From Abditibacteriaceae bacterium (GTDB taxonomy: Bacteria > Armatimonadota > Abditibacteriia > Abditibacteriales > Abditibacteriaceae): DNA of 64,000 nt. A program made the position numbers and the translations under genes. A model generated the notes under the pieces. It did no database searches. It was not told the DNA's origin and saw only the letters and a program-made list of their open reading frames with translations. Shown here in pieces: positions 31,330 to 41,003 of the stretch (the first letter of the stretch is position 1; each line of letters starts with the position of its first letter). The stretch lies in the NCBI GenBank assembly GCA_965277285.1, contig OZ255721.1, positions 3,200,001-3,264,000 on the forward strand, in the 5' to 3' direction.

Positions 31330-32331
31330 TTACCATTGAGTTTCAAACATTGTGCTCACCGAATCATCGGTGTGAATGCGCGCGATCGCTTCAGCGCAGA
31401 CTTTGGCCACGCTAAGCGTCGTGATTTTGGAAATCATGCGTTCGGGCGCAATCGGAATTGTGTCCGTTACAATCAGTTCCTTAATCGCCGAATCCTGGAT
31501 GCGACGAATCGCGTCGCCGCTGAGAACCGGATGCGTGCACGCTGCATAAATTTCTTTCGCGCCACGGTCGCCCAACTCGTTCGCCGCCGCCGTGATGCTG
31601 CCGCCGGAATCGATCAGGTCGTCGATCAAGACGCAAATCTGGTTTTCAACATCGCCAATCACATCGACAATTTTGACTTTGCCGGGTTCGGGACGGCGCT
31701 TGGCGACAATCGCTAAATCGGCGCCCAGACGTTCGGCCAAAAGTGTCGCGCGTTCCACTCCGCCCACGTCCGGCGACACGACCGTCACGCCTTTATCGTA
31801 GATTTTGTTGGAAATTAGATATTCTGCGATAATCGGCTGCGCTGGCAAATGATCGACGGGAATGTTGAAAAACCCCTGAATCTGTCCAGCGTGCAAATCA
31901 ATGGCGAAAATGCGATCGGCGCCCGAAAGCGTGATCAAATCGGCAACGAGTTTGGCGGTGATCGGTTCGCGCGGACGCACTTTTTTGTCTTGTCGCGCAT
32001 AGCCGAAATACGGGATGATGGGAATGATGCGCCGCGCGCTCGCGCGCTTGAAAGCGTCGCACATGATGAGCAATTCCATCAGCGTATCGTTCACCGGAGC
32101 GCACGTCGGCTGCACCAAAAATACATCGGCGCCGCGAATGCTTTCGTTAATGGCACAGCGCATTTCGCCGTCGGCAAAGCGCGTCGTGATCATTTCGCCT
32201 AATGGCAAATGTAAGTGCGCGGCGATGGCGCGCGCCAGTTGCGGATTGGCGTTGCCGGCGAAGATTTTCATCGTCTGTGAATAATCGTCGAAAGTCGGTA
32301 CATGAACTTTGGCCATTTCGTTCTCCGCCAC
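31330..32331 (-). CDS. prs: Ribose-phosphate pyrophosphokinase
   Basis: FADGE, PYFGYARQD, DLHAGQIQGFF, SPDVGG, IDDLIDSGG. Confidence 0.98.
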   Translation of the reverse strand: MAENEMAKVHVPTFDDYSQTMKIFAGNANPQLARAIAAHLHLPLGEMITTRFADGEMRCAINESIRGADVFLVQPTCAPVNDTLMELLIMCDAFKRASARRIIPIIPYFGYARQDKKVRPREPITAKLVADLITLSGADRIFAIDLHAGQIQGFFNIPVDHLPAQPIIAEYLISNKIYDKGVTVVSPDVGGVERATLLAERLGADLAIVAKRRPEPGKVKIVDVIGDVENQICVLIDDLIDSGGSITAAANELGDRGAKEIYAACTHPVLSGDAIRRIQDSAIKELIVTDTIPIAPERMISKITTLSVAKVCAEAIARIHTDDSVSTMFETQW

Positions 32332-32332
32332 G

Positions 32333-33085
32333 TTACTGATGAGCGCACGCTCCTTCAGCCACCAGTTCCGCTTCCAAACTCTGCAACTGCGCGCGCGTGT
32401 TGATGCCCGTCATTTCGCGCTCGGGGACATCGACCGCAACGACGCGCTCGCCGTTCTGCGTCAAAAGCCCGACGACATCGGTCAGATACCATTCGCCGGA
32501 CGCGTTTTTGTTTTCGATTTTCCCCAGTTCGCGCCACAACGCCGCACTGTCGAAGCAATAGGTTCCGGCGTTCACGTCGCGGCACGCTTTTTCGGTTGGC
32601 GAGGCATCTTTTGCTTCAACGATTTTCGATACAATGCCGTCCTCATTTTTGATGACACGCCCATAACTGCCTGGCTCGTCAACACGCGCGACGAGAAGCG
32701 AAGCGGCTGCGTTTGCTGTATGACGGCGCTCAATAAGTTGCGAAAGAGTACTCGATTGGAGAAGCGGAACATCGCCGCACGTCACAAGAATGTCGCCTTG
32801 AAAGTCTTTCAAAGTCGCTTCGCATTGTTGAACGGCGTGGCCTGTTCCGAGCATCTGGCTTTGCAAAGCGAACTCGACATGAGGAAAAACGCGCGAGGTT
32901 TCGGATTCGACCGTTTCGGCTTGATGACCGACGACGACCACGATGCGGTCGGGATGAAGTTGAGATGCGCTTTCGAGTGCCCAGTGCAAAAGCGGCTTGC
33001 CGCACAGCGGATGAAGGACTTTGGCCAGATCGCTTTCCATGCGCGTGCCTTTTCCTGCGGCGAGAATGATGAGGGCGAGAGACAT
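32333..33085 (-). CDS. glmU: GlmU N-terminal (uridylyltransferase) domain only
   Basis: ILAAGKGTRM, QMLGTGHAV, GDVPLL, YGRV, EWYLTD, GINTR; ends at 250 aa with no LbH domain. Confidence 0.8.
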   Translation of the reverse strand: MSLALIILAAGKGTRMESDLAKVLHPLCGKPLLHWALESASQLHPDRIVVVVGHQAETVESETSRVFPHVEFALQSQMLGTGHAVQQCEATLKDFQGDILVTCGDVPLLQSSTLSQLIERRHTANAAASLLVARVDEPGSYGRVIKNEDGIVSKIVEAKDASPTEKACRDVNAGTYCFDSAALWRELGKIENKNASGEWYLTDVVGLLTQNGERVVAVDVPEREMTGINTRAQLQSLEAELVAEGACAHQ

Positions 33086-33170
33086 AAAAAAAGTTTTGAG
33101 TTTTAAGTTTTCAGTTTTGAGTTACATTCGGTCAACTCAAAACTGAGAACTCAAAATTCAAAACTGAAAG

Positions 33171-33242
33171 CTGGGCCGGGAGGATTCGAACCTCCGAATG
33201 CCGGATCCAAAGACCGGTGCCTTACCACTTGGCGACGGCCCA
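33171..33242 (-). tRNA. tRNA-Gln(TTG)
   Basis: TGGGCCG...CGGCCCA-G, anticodon CT-TTG-GA. Confidence 0.95.
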
Positions 33243-33431
33243 AACGAATAACAAAAGTTTGGTTAAAACGCACATCGAGTACTCGAATTGAGCGATTGAA
33301 ATATGCTTTTTGCGCAAACTCTCGATATTCTAACAGGTTTCAAAAGGTGCGGCAATGTGCGGGTAAAACGGAATCTGGTGCGCCTTGAGACTTCGCGGAA
33401 ACCTTTCTGTCGGTTCTTCTCAGCCCGTTCT

Positions 33432-34889
33432 TCAATCCTTTCTGTTGCGCAAAGTCTCGAGGGTTTGTTGCTTGGTGCGTTGCAGGAGCCAGAAACCCAG
33501 ACCAGCGGCGGCGCCACAAGTCACGATCCAGATTAAAAAGGTAGCGGTGGGGCGCAAAGAGTAATCGCCGTCGCCGTTCAACATCGAGTCGATGACATAC
33601 ATGATGATGAATCCCAAAAGCAGGATTCCATCACCGACCGCGAAAGCACGACCATAGCCGGTTGTTTCGGCCACGATTTCGTCAATGGCGGCGCGATGCA
33701 ACTGGCGCGCTTGAAGGTTGACTTCCTGATGCATTTCTTCAGCTTCTTCGCGCATCTGATCGGAACTGGGCTTGGTCTTAGTCGCTACTGTGCCCGTCTG
33801 CGCGCGCTTTTCGTTAAGGACAACGCGCGCCAAAGCTTCGGCCTGTCTTTGCACGTCTTTGCGAGGCAGGGCACGCGCCTGAACACGCTTAACGGCCTCT
33901 GTCGCGCTTTTCGACGCCACCACGCCGGTTAGCAGCAAACTGAGGCCACCGCCCACCATGTTCATCATCGTGTGCGAGGGCATCAGCCAAAAATAAGCGT
34001 TGAGCATATAAAGCAGCGAAAGGCTGGTCAGCAAAGCGGCGCCACCGGCCCCGGCTCCTCCATATGTTTTCGCGGTTGCGATCAGGCCATCCACGTTTTC
34101 ATCGAACTGGGTTTCGCGGCGGCGTTGCAGTTCTTCTTCGCGCGCTTTGGCTTGTTCTTCTTCGCGTTTTTCCTGCTCGAGACGGCGCTCTCGTTCGCGC
34201 TTTTCTTCCATCCTCTGGTTTTCTTTGCGCACTTCCAGCATGACGCGTTCCATGTAGTCCTGGCGTGCGACGGCGCGTTGCTGCAATTCAATCGGCGAAA
34301 AAGTGAGCTTGGCCAGTTCGCCTTTGGAACGCTCCAGGCCTTCTTCCCACTGGCGCCACATATCGGCGCGGTATGCCGCCAATTCTTCGGGCGTCATCAA
34401 TTCTTCAATCGCTTTGGTCACGACCTGAGTGGCTACAGGATTTTGTGGCGCGGTACTATGCTCCTGTGCCGCATGCGCTGCCAAAACTTCTTCGACTTGG
34501 GCGCTCCGATCCTGGTCTTCACGGTAAACCTGCAGGAAATTGTCGTATTCGGCGCGGCGCTTGGTATCCAGCAACAAGTGGCGCGCCTGTGGCAAATAAA
34601 TTTCGTAAAGCTGCTGGTAATAAATTTTCTTCTGCGGGTTGCGATGATCTTGGTTCTTCTGCGCATCGAGGTACAACTCGGAGATGCGCTTACGCAAATC
34701 CTTGGGATCGCTTTGCAAAGGCATTTGCAGCACATCATAGAGATTGACGAAATCGACGGGCGCCTTTTGCGCCGCCGTCAAATCCGACGCCGTCAATTTG
34801 GTTTTCTGGGCGGCGCCCGACGGCGCGGCGGTGCCAGGCGATGAATTGTTCGTCTTGCTGTTTTCAGGAGATGTAATAGAAGGGAGCAT
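33432..34889 (-). CDS. Membrane protein with HPD-less J-like domain, coiled coil and about four TM helices
   Basis: NLYDVL...DLRKR...LLDTKRRAEYD J-domain-like pattern; E/R/Q-rich coiled coil; two TM pairs. Confidence 0.7.
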   Translation of the reverse strand: MLPSITSPENSKTNNSSPGTAAPSGAAQKTKLTASDLTAAQKAPVDFVNLYDVLQMPLQSDPKDLRKRISELYLDAQKNQDHRNPQKKIYYQQLYEIYLPQARHLLLDTKRRAEYDNFLQVYREDQDRSAQVEEVLAAHAAQEHSTAPQNPVATQVVTKAIEELMTPEELAAYRADMWRQWEEGLERSKGELAKLTFSPIELQQRAVARQDYMERVMLEVRKENQRMEEKRERERRLEQEKREEEQAKAREEELQRRRETQFDENVDGLIATAKTYGGAGAGGAALLTSLSLLYMLNAYFWLMPSHTMMNMVGGGLSLLLTGVVASKSATEAVKRVQARALPRKDVQRQAEALARVVLNEKRAQTGTVATKTKPSSDQMREEAEEMHQEVNLQARQLHRAAIDEIVAETTGYGRAFAVGDGILLLGFIIMYVIDSMLNGDGDYSLRPTATFLIWIVTCGAAAGLGFWLLQRTKQQTLETLRNRKD

Positions 34890-35037
34890 TTGGTTTTCCT
34901 CGATGCAAAACCCGTAAGTGAAACTTAGAGTGGTTTACGATATGCCACAAATTGGCCATTAGTTTAATCTATTTGCAAAAATTTCTTCAACTCTGCTTAA
35001 CCACAATGCCACAAGACTGCGCCTACACTCGGCGTGC

Positions 35038-36687
35038 ATGAATTCTTTCTTGTCTGCTTCGCCAATAAATACATCCTCGAATGCATCGACGTACGCTCTG
35101 CCTCCCGTGTTGGCCGACGCGCCACATCATGCCGCGCTACGTCATGCCGCGCCACTGCTGGACAAGGACGACGCGGGTAAGGACAACTCCGGTAAAGATG
35201 ACTTTGTCGATCTTTACAATTTGCTCGATTTACCGCTTTCGAGTACTCAAAGCGAGTTGCGCAAGGTCATTTCCATTCTTTACCTGGAAGCGCAAAAGAA
35301 TCTCGATCATCGCAACGCGCAAAAAAAGTTCTATTACCAGCAAATGTATGAAGTGCATTTGCCGCGCGCCCGTTTCATTTTACTCAATGACAAACGTCGC
35401 CCTGAATACGATGAACACGTTCGCACTTTTTGCACCGATCGCGCCGAACAACGCGCTGCTCAACTTTCTAACGCCAACTTGTTGGAAGATGTGGCACATA
35501 CTGCGAGCGATGTTCTCAATGGTACAGGAATAATTGAAGATGCTGCCGCGCGCGTCGCTCAATCTGTTTTCGAAGAAGAAGTAACGCCGGAAATGCTGGC
35601 TGCACGCCGCGAAAGTTTGTGGCTGCAGTGGCAAAAAAGTTTGGAAGCGACGCAGGAATCGTCAACGCCTCAACCTCTGGTCTTTACGCCGCAGCAAGCG
35701 GTGCGCGAAGAAGTGCGCAACGTTTATATGCGCAAAACCTCCGTCGTGGTGCGCCAAGAAGAACGCGCGCGCCGTGAAGAAAGTCTGCGGCGTCAGCAAG
35801 AACGCTGGCGGGAGCAGAAGCAGCAACAGGAAAAATCCGCAGAAGAAGAACGCCAGAAAATTGAAGCCGAACAAAAACAATGGGAAGAACAAAAACAAAG
35901 GCAAATCGCGCTCGCTAAAACGGCGCGCGTGCGCTGGAGTTGGGGCAGTGGCCTGAGTGCTTTTATGCTGGGAACGATGCTTATTTTTGTGTTGAGCGGC
36001 GTTTCGAGTACTGGAACGGCGAGCCTGGCGAACGAACCGATGTTGGGGCATCAGCCATATCGCGGCGTGACTTCGGCCATTCCGGGGAAAATCGAAGCCG
36101 AAGATTACGATCAGGGCATGGAAAGCACGGCATATCACAAATTGACGCATACAATCAATGGCGGCGGCGATTACCGCTCAGGTTCGGGCGTGCCGATTGT
36201 TCCCACCAATGCGGGATATGCAGTGACAAACACTGCGCCCGGCGAATGGCTCAATTATACGGTGAACGTGGCGCAAAGCGGTCTTTATGACTTGGACGCG
36301 AATGTCGCGTCACGCGAAGGCGGCGGCAGTTTTTCGCTGAGTTTCAACGGTCAAGACAAGACCGGCGCCCTCGCGGTGCCCGCTACGAGCAGTGACAACG
36401 CGTATCAAACTGTTGAAAAAAAGGGAATTGAACTTTCCGCCGGGCAGCAAACCATGCGCTTGACTTTTGCCAGCGCTTCCGGCGACGGTTCGGCAGGCAA
36501 CTTCGATTTTCTCCAACTGCGCGCCGAAACTGTCGCCCAGGGTGGATCTTTATCGAACCTCGCCGCATCGAACCTCGCCGCCTTTGCTCGTCCTTTGCTG
36601 TTGCTGATTCTGGCGCTGTGTTGTTGTATGCTGGGAAATCAAATGGGCAAAGCGGCGGAACAGCGAGTCTTGACCAATCGTAAGTAA
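35038..36687 (+). CDS. Paralog with J-like domain, coiled coil, TM, CBM6-like domain, TM
   Basis: Shared J-like block; IPGKIEAEDYDQG...GEWLNYTVNV..SGLY...NFDFL is CBM6-like. Confidence 0.75.
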   Translation: MNSFLSASPINTSSNASTYALPPVLADAPHHAALRHAAPLLDKDDAGKDNSGKDDFVDLYNLLDLPLSSTQSELRKVISILYLEAQKNLDHRNAQKKFYYQQMYEVHLPRARFILLNDKRRPEYDEHVRTFCTDRAEQRAAQLSNANLLEDVAHTASDVLNGTGIIEDAAARVAQSVFEEEVTPEMLAARRESLWLQWQKSLEATQESSTPQPLVFTPQQAVREEVRNVYMRKTSVVVRQEERARREESLRRQQERWREQKQQQEKSAEEERQKIEAEQKQWEEQKQRQIALAKTARVRWSWGSGLSAFMLGTMLIFVLSGVSSTGTASLANEPMLGHQPYRGVTSAIPGKIEAEDYDQGMESTAYHKLTHTINGGGDYRSGSGVPIVPTNAGYAVTNTAPGEWLNYTVNVAQSGLYDLDANVASREGGGSFSLSFNGQDKTGALAVPATSSDNAYQTVEKKGIELSAGQQTMRLTFASASGDGSAGNFDFLQLRAETVAQGGSLSNLAASNLAAFARPLLLLILALCCCMLGNQMGKAAEQRVLTNRK

Positions 36688-36707
36688 GCGCCACAGCGTT
36701 GAAACTT

Positions 36708-36739
36708 AAAGTCGCAATCGAGTACTCGATTGCGACTTT
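36708..36739. terminator. 32-bp perfect palindrome (bidirectional terminator) centred on TCGAGTACTCGA
   Basis: AAAGTCGCAATCGAGTACTCGATTGCGACTTT between convergent genes. Confidence 0.7.
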
Positions 36740-36747
36740 TCCTTTGT

Positions 36748-38439
36748 TCAAACGCGAAATAATGCGCCCAACTGTTTGCCTAAAAGGCGATTCGCCAGTA
36801 AAAATGTGACGGTCAACAGCGCCATGCCGACAACGCCGAGCGCGCAGGCCAGAAACGAGCCGCCGCTTTCAGAAATCGACAGGTTATAAATCGCTTTGGC
36901 AATCGGCACGTTGTCGTTGGAAATCGACAACAACAACGAATCCGACACTTCCAAGACCGCAAAGGCAAACGTCAAAAGTCCCGCCGCCAAAAGGTTCGCC
37001 GTCACCAGAGGCCGCGTGATGCGCCACGCCGTTTGGAGCGGCGATGCGCCCAAATTCTGCGACGCTTCTTCCAAAGTCACGCTCATTTGCTGCAGTCCGC
37101 CCGACACCGCGCGCAAGGCATACGGCAAGCGGCGAATCGCATATGAAATGACGAGCAGGGGAATCGCGTTTTGCAACGGATCGAGCGGATTGCCGTCTTT
37201 GCGAAACGTGGTGAGCAGTCCAAACGCCAGAATAAGTCCAGGCAAAGCGAGCGGCAACATCGCCAGAGTGTCCAAAAACGTTTTGCCCCAGACGCGACCT
37301 CGCACCAGCGCATACGCCAATGCGAAACCCGCGACGACATCCAAACTCATCGAAAGTCCGGCGCAGATGAGCGACGTTTTGATCGCGTTTAAAGTGTTGG
37401 TGACAGGATCGTGCAAAATTTTGCTATAGTTGTCGGTCGTCCAAACCGGCAGCAAGCGCGCTGTCCAATCGCTGGCGAAACTGGCCAGGACAACGCCGAT
37501 ATGCGGCAACATCGCGGCGAACAAGACAACGCCGAAAACTGTGTAAACGAGTACTCGTTCCCAGAACGATGCGCTTCGTTCGCGCCCGCTGGTTGTGCTG
37601 CGCGAAAGTGTTGCGATGCGCTGGCTGCTCTTATCGAGTACTCGACGTGAAATCCAGAAGACAAGCGCGGCGACAACGGTCAACCAGAAGGCGATGACGT
37701 AGCCACTGGAATTGAAGGTCGTCTTCGCATCGAAAATCTTGATCGCCGCGACTTCGTTGTAATTGAAAACCAATGGCGTCCCAAGATCGGTCAAGGCGAA
37801 AATGAAGACGATGAGGGCGCCCGCAAAATAACCGGGCAGCAAAAGCGGCAAGGTCACAGTTCGCCACAAGCGCCAGCCATTCGCGCCCAAATTTTCCGCC
37901 GCTTCTTCCACAGTCGGGTCGATGTTCGCCCACGCCGCGCTCAGGTTCAGGTAAATCAGCGGGTAAAGGTGCAAAGCCGAAACGATGATAATCATCGGCA
38001 CCTGAAAATCGAGCCATTGAACCGTCGGCCAATGCCATTGTCGCGCGAGCGTGTTCAAAACGCCTTCGCTGCCCAACATTTGACGCAAGCCGACGGCGCC
38101 GACAAACGGCGGCAACAGCAATGGCACCAACAACAATCCCGACAAAAATCCTTTGCCCGCAAAGCGCAAGCGCGCCACGAAATACGCCAGCGGCACCGCG
38201 AGGATTGAAGCCGCCAGCGTCGAGGCAATCGCAATTCCAAATGAATGCAGCATCGCGGTGCGCGTGGTTTGGTCGTTGAAGGGCAACAAGAGCAGCGAAG
38301 GTTGCCACGAATTGTTTTCCGAAATCGCGCCGATCATGACTTGCGAGACCGGATAAATCAGAAACGGCCCCAGCGTCAGCGCGCAAAAAGCCCACGTCCA
38401 GAACGTCTGCAAGGGCGAAAAAGAAAATCGTCGTTTCAT
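36748..38439 (-). CDS. Fe3+/thiamine-type ABC permease (FbpB-like)
   Basis: Duplicated EEAA..LGA EAA loops; PPFVGA, DLGTPL. Confidence 0.9.
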   Translation of the reverse strand: MKRRFSFSPLQTFWTWAFCALTLGPFLIYPVSQVMIGAISENNSWQPSLLLLPFNDQTTRTAMLHSFGIAIASTLAASILAVPLAYFVARLRFAGKGFLSGLLLVPLLLPPFVGAVGLRQMLGSEGVLNTLARQWHWPTVQWLDFQVPMIIIVSALHLYPLIYLNLSAAWANIDPTVEEAAENLGANGWRLWRTVTLPLLLPGYFAGALIVFIFALTDLGTPLVFNYNEVAAIKIFDAKTTFNSSGYVIAFWLTVVAALVFWISRRVLDKSSQRIATLSRSTTSGRERSASFWERVLVYTVFGVVLFAAMLPHIGVVLASFASDWTARLLPVWTTDNYSKILHDPVTNTLNAIKTSLICAGLSMSLDVVAGFALAYALVRGRVWGKTFLDTLAMLPLALPGLILAFGLLTTFRKDGNPLDPLQNAIPLLVISYAIRRLPYALRAVSGGLQQMSVTLEEASQNLGASPLQTAWRITRPLVTANLLAAGLLTFAFAVLEVSDSLLLSISNDNVPIAKAIYNLSISESGGSFLACALGVVGMALLTVTFLLANRLLGKQLGALFRV

Positions 38440-38528
38440 AACTGTAGGGGCGCACGGCGTGCGCCCTGAACGTTGGCGCAACTGGATTTTTATCACCGCG
38501 TTACAACGAGGGCGCACGACGTGCGCCC

Positions 38529-39389
38529 CTACGAGCGCAACAACCGCACGAATTCTCGCGCCGCGCGGCTTTCATAACGTCCTTTAATTTTCAATCGCTG
38601 CAACGAGCGCCTGATTTTGAAATCGCGGATTTCGAGTACTCGAATCGACAGATCGTTCTCAATCGCTAAGCGGGAAACAAAGGCGATGCCGACATTGGCG
38701 GCGACTGCGCGCAAGATCGCTTGCGTGCTGCCCAGACTCATCGAAGGTTGCAACAAAATGCCGCGCGCTGCAAACGCCTGCTGCACCACTTCGCGCGTTC
38801 CCGAACCGCGCTCGCGCAAAATAAGCGGATATTGGAGGACATCTTCAACTTCAATCGTTGGTGGAATGACGTCGCTAACGCCCGCAACCGCGACGATTTC
38901 GTCCCATGCGAAAGCGTCCGCTTCCAGTTCGGGAAAGTGCATCAAACCTTCGCTCAAGCCGACATCGATTTTGTTCTCGACCAATTTGCGCTGCACTTCT
39001 TCCGTATTGGCGATTTCCAGATGCAGTTCGATTCTGGGATATTTCTGGCTGAACTGCGCACAAATCTGCGGCAACAAATAGGTTCCAATCGTCGAACTGG
39101 CGCCGACGACCAATCTTCCACGTTCGAGTACGCGCAGTTCGTCCAAAGCGTTTTCGGCTTCCGTTTCCAAACTGAAAATGCGACTGGCATAATCGAGCAA
39201 AAGTTCGCCCGCTTCGGTCAAGCGCACACCGCTGGACAAGCGATGAAACAGCGCGACGCCCAGACTTTTCTCGAACTCGCGCAACTGCTTGGAAACCGCG
39301 GGCTGCGAAATATGCAATCGTTCCGCGCCACGGCTGACGCTGCTTTCTTTGGCGACCGCATAAAAAATCGCCAGTTGGTTCAAATTCAC
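38529..39389 (-). CDS. LysR-family regulator (CysL/YeiE-like)
   Basis: SVSRGAERLHISQPAVSKQL; REXGSGTR. Confidence 0.95.
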   Translation of the reverse strand: MNLNQLAIFYAVAKESSVSRGAERLHISQPAVSKQLREFEKSLGVALFHRLSSGVRLTEAGELLLDYASRIFSLETEAENALDELRVLERGRLVVGASSTIGTYLLPQICAQFSQKYPRIELHLEIANTEEVQRKLVENKIDVGLSEGLMHFPELEADAFAWDEIVAVAGVSDVIPPTIEVEDVLQYPLILRERGSGTREVVQQAFAARGILLQPSMSLGSTQAILRAVAANVGIAFVSRLAIENDLSIRVLEIRDFKIRRSLQRLKIKGRYESRAAREFVRLLRS

Positions 39390-39397
39390 GGATTAAT

Positions 39398-39414
39398 CAT
39401 AACCCGAAGTTATG
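39398..39414. promoter_or_regulatory. LysR-type operator (T-N11-A)
   Basis: CATAAC-CCGAA-GTTATG between the divergent lysR and ferredoxin genes. Confidence 0.65.
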
Positions 39415-39484
39415 TGACACATAGAAAAGATGTCTTAGCTTTGGTGTGGCGCGCGGCGTATCTTCTCTTTGGGAGGAAACGATT

Positions 39485-39730
39485 ATGGCTTATGTAATTG
39501 CCGAACCGTGCATCAACGTCAAGGACAAAGCGTGCGTTGAAATTTGCCCAATGGATTGCATTCACGGCGATGAAGATTCGCCGCAGATGTATATCAACCC
39601 TGGCGAATGTATCGACTGCGGCGCCTGCGAACATGAGTGTCCCGTTGGCGCGATTTATCAGGACACCGATTTACCAACGGAATGGAAGAGTTTTCAGGAA
39701 GTCAACGCGGCGTATTATGAGGGAAAGTAA
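39485..39730 (+). CDS. Ferredoxin (7Fe/FdxA-like)
   Basis: CINVKDKACVEICPMDCI, CIDCGACEHECP; GGAGG RBS. Confidence 0.95.
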   Translation: MAYVIAEPCINVKDKACVEICPMDCIHGDEDSPQMYINPGECIDCGACEHECPVGAIYQDTDLPTEWKSFQEVNAAYYEGK

Positions 39731-39795
39731 CGAACCCGAAGCGTCAGCGAGGGAGATAGTAGAAGTTAGCTCCCTCGCTGACGTTTCGGGTTCGT

Positions 39796-40881
39796 TTATG
39801 AAATCGTGATTAATTGCGAAGATCGAGTACTCGAATTGTCTTTTAAGGCGCGCAATTGGCCGCACGCTGCTGCGACATCGGCGCCACGTTGAACACGTTG
39901 TGTGACAGCAACGCCAGCGCGTTCGAGAATATTGCGGAATTCGCGCAAGCGTTCGGGTTGCGGCGCGACGAAATCTTGTTCTTCCAGATTGGCGCCCGGC
40001 ACGTTGTTCCACGGAATCAGGTTGACGTGCACCGGCCAGCCTTTGCACCATTTCGCCAGAAGGCGCGCACGCTCGGCATCATCGTTGACGCCACCTAAAA
40101 CAACATACTCAAAGGTCGCGCGTCGTCCGGTTTGCGCCACATATTGGCGCGTCGCATTCACCAAATCGAGGACTCTAATCTTAGTCGAAGTCGGAATCAA
40201 GCGATGGCGCAATCCATCGTCCGGCGCATGAAGCGAAACCGCCAGCGTAACAGGAATTTGCGCGGCGGCGAGTTTTTCAATTCCCGCAATGATGCCGACC
40301 GTCGAAACAGTGATATGACGATACGGAATCGCCATTTCTTCGTGCATCAAGTGCAAAGTTCCCAGCACGTTGTTGACGTTGAGCAACGGTTCGCCCATTC
40401 CCATAAACACGATGTGCGTCGGAACGTGGCGCAAATGTTCATCGGTCGTCATCGCCAAAAGCGGCTGCGCGATAATTTCGGCTGTGGTCAAATTGCGGCG
40501 AAAACCGCCCAAACCCGTCGCGCAAAACTGACATTGCATCGCGCAACCGGCCTGACTGGAAACACAAACGCTCACACGGTCGTGATACGGAAGTCGCACG
40601 GTTTCAATGCGCTCGCCATCTTCGAGTTGCAGCAACAATTTGGTGCTGCCATCGTTTGAATCGAAACGCGCCGCAACGTCGGGAAAACGCAATCGAGTAC
40701 TCGATTGCGCGCTCGAAAGCCGCTCGCGCAACGCTTTCGGCAAATCCGTCATTTGCTCGAAACTTGTCGCGCCTTTGCGATAAATCCAAGCCGCGATCTG
40801 GCGCCCGCGAAAAGCCGGTTCTCCGATTTCGCGCAGCAAGGTTTCGATTTCCGAAGTGGTTTTTCCCAGCAATTGATTCAC
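39796..40881 (-). CDS. rlmN: 23S rRNA m2A2503 methyltransferase RlmN
   Basis: CVSSQAGCAMQCQFCATG, FMGMGEP, SLHAP, AACGQL. Confidence 0.96.
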   Translation of the reverse strand: MNQLLGKTTSEIETLLREIGEPAFRGRQIAAWIYRKGATSFEQMTDLPKALRERLSSAQSSTRLRFPDVAARFDSNDGSTKLLLQLEDGERIETVRLPYHDRVSVCVSSQAGCAMQCQFCATGLGGFRRNLTTAEIIAQPLLAMTTDEHLRHVPTHIVFMGMGEPLLNVNNVLGTLHLMHEEMAIPYRHITVSTVGIIAGIEKLAAAQIPVTLAVSLHAPDDGLRHRLIPTSTKIRVLDLVNATRQYVAQTGRRATFEYVVLGGVNDDAERARLLAKWCKGWPVHVNLIPWNNVPGANLEEQDFVAPQPERLREFRNILERAGVAVTQRVQRGADVAAACGQLRALKDNSSTRSSQLITIS

Positions 40882-40897
40882 AATTAGAGTTTACCTA

Positions 40898-40999
40898 AAC
40901 AGCCAAGACGCCAAGAACGCCAAGAACGCCAAGAAAAAAGAGATTCGAGTACTCGATTGAGCAACTTTCTCTCAAAATCTTGGCGTTCTTGGCGGCTTA
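40898..40999. repeat. (CGCCAAGAA)n-armed element with TCGAGTACTCGA in its loop
   Basis: 9-mer tandem left arm, inverted right arm; related arms at 47305 and 48110. Confidence 0.8.
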
Positions 41000-41003
41000 A
41001 TAT

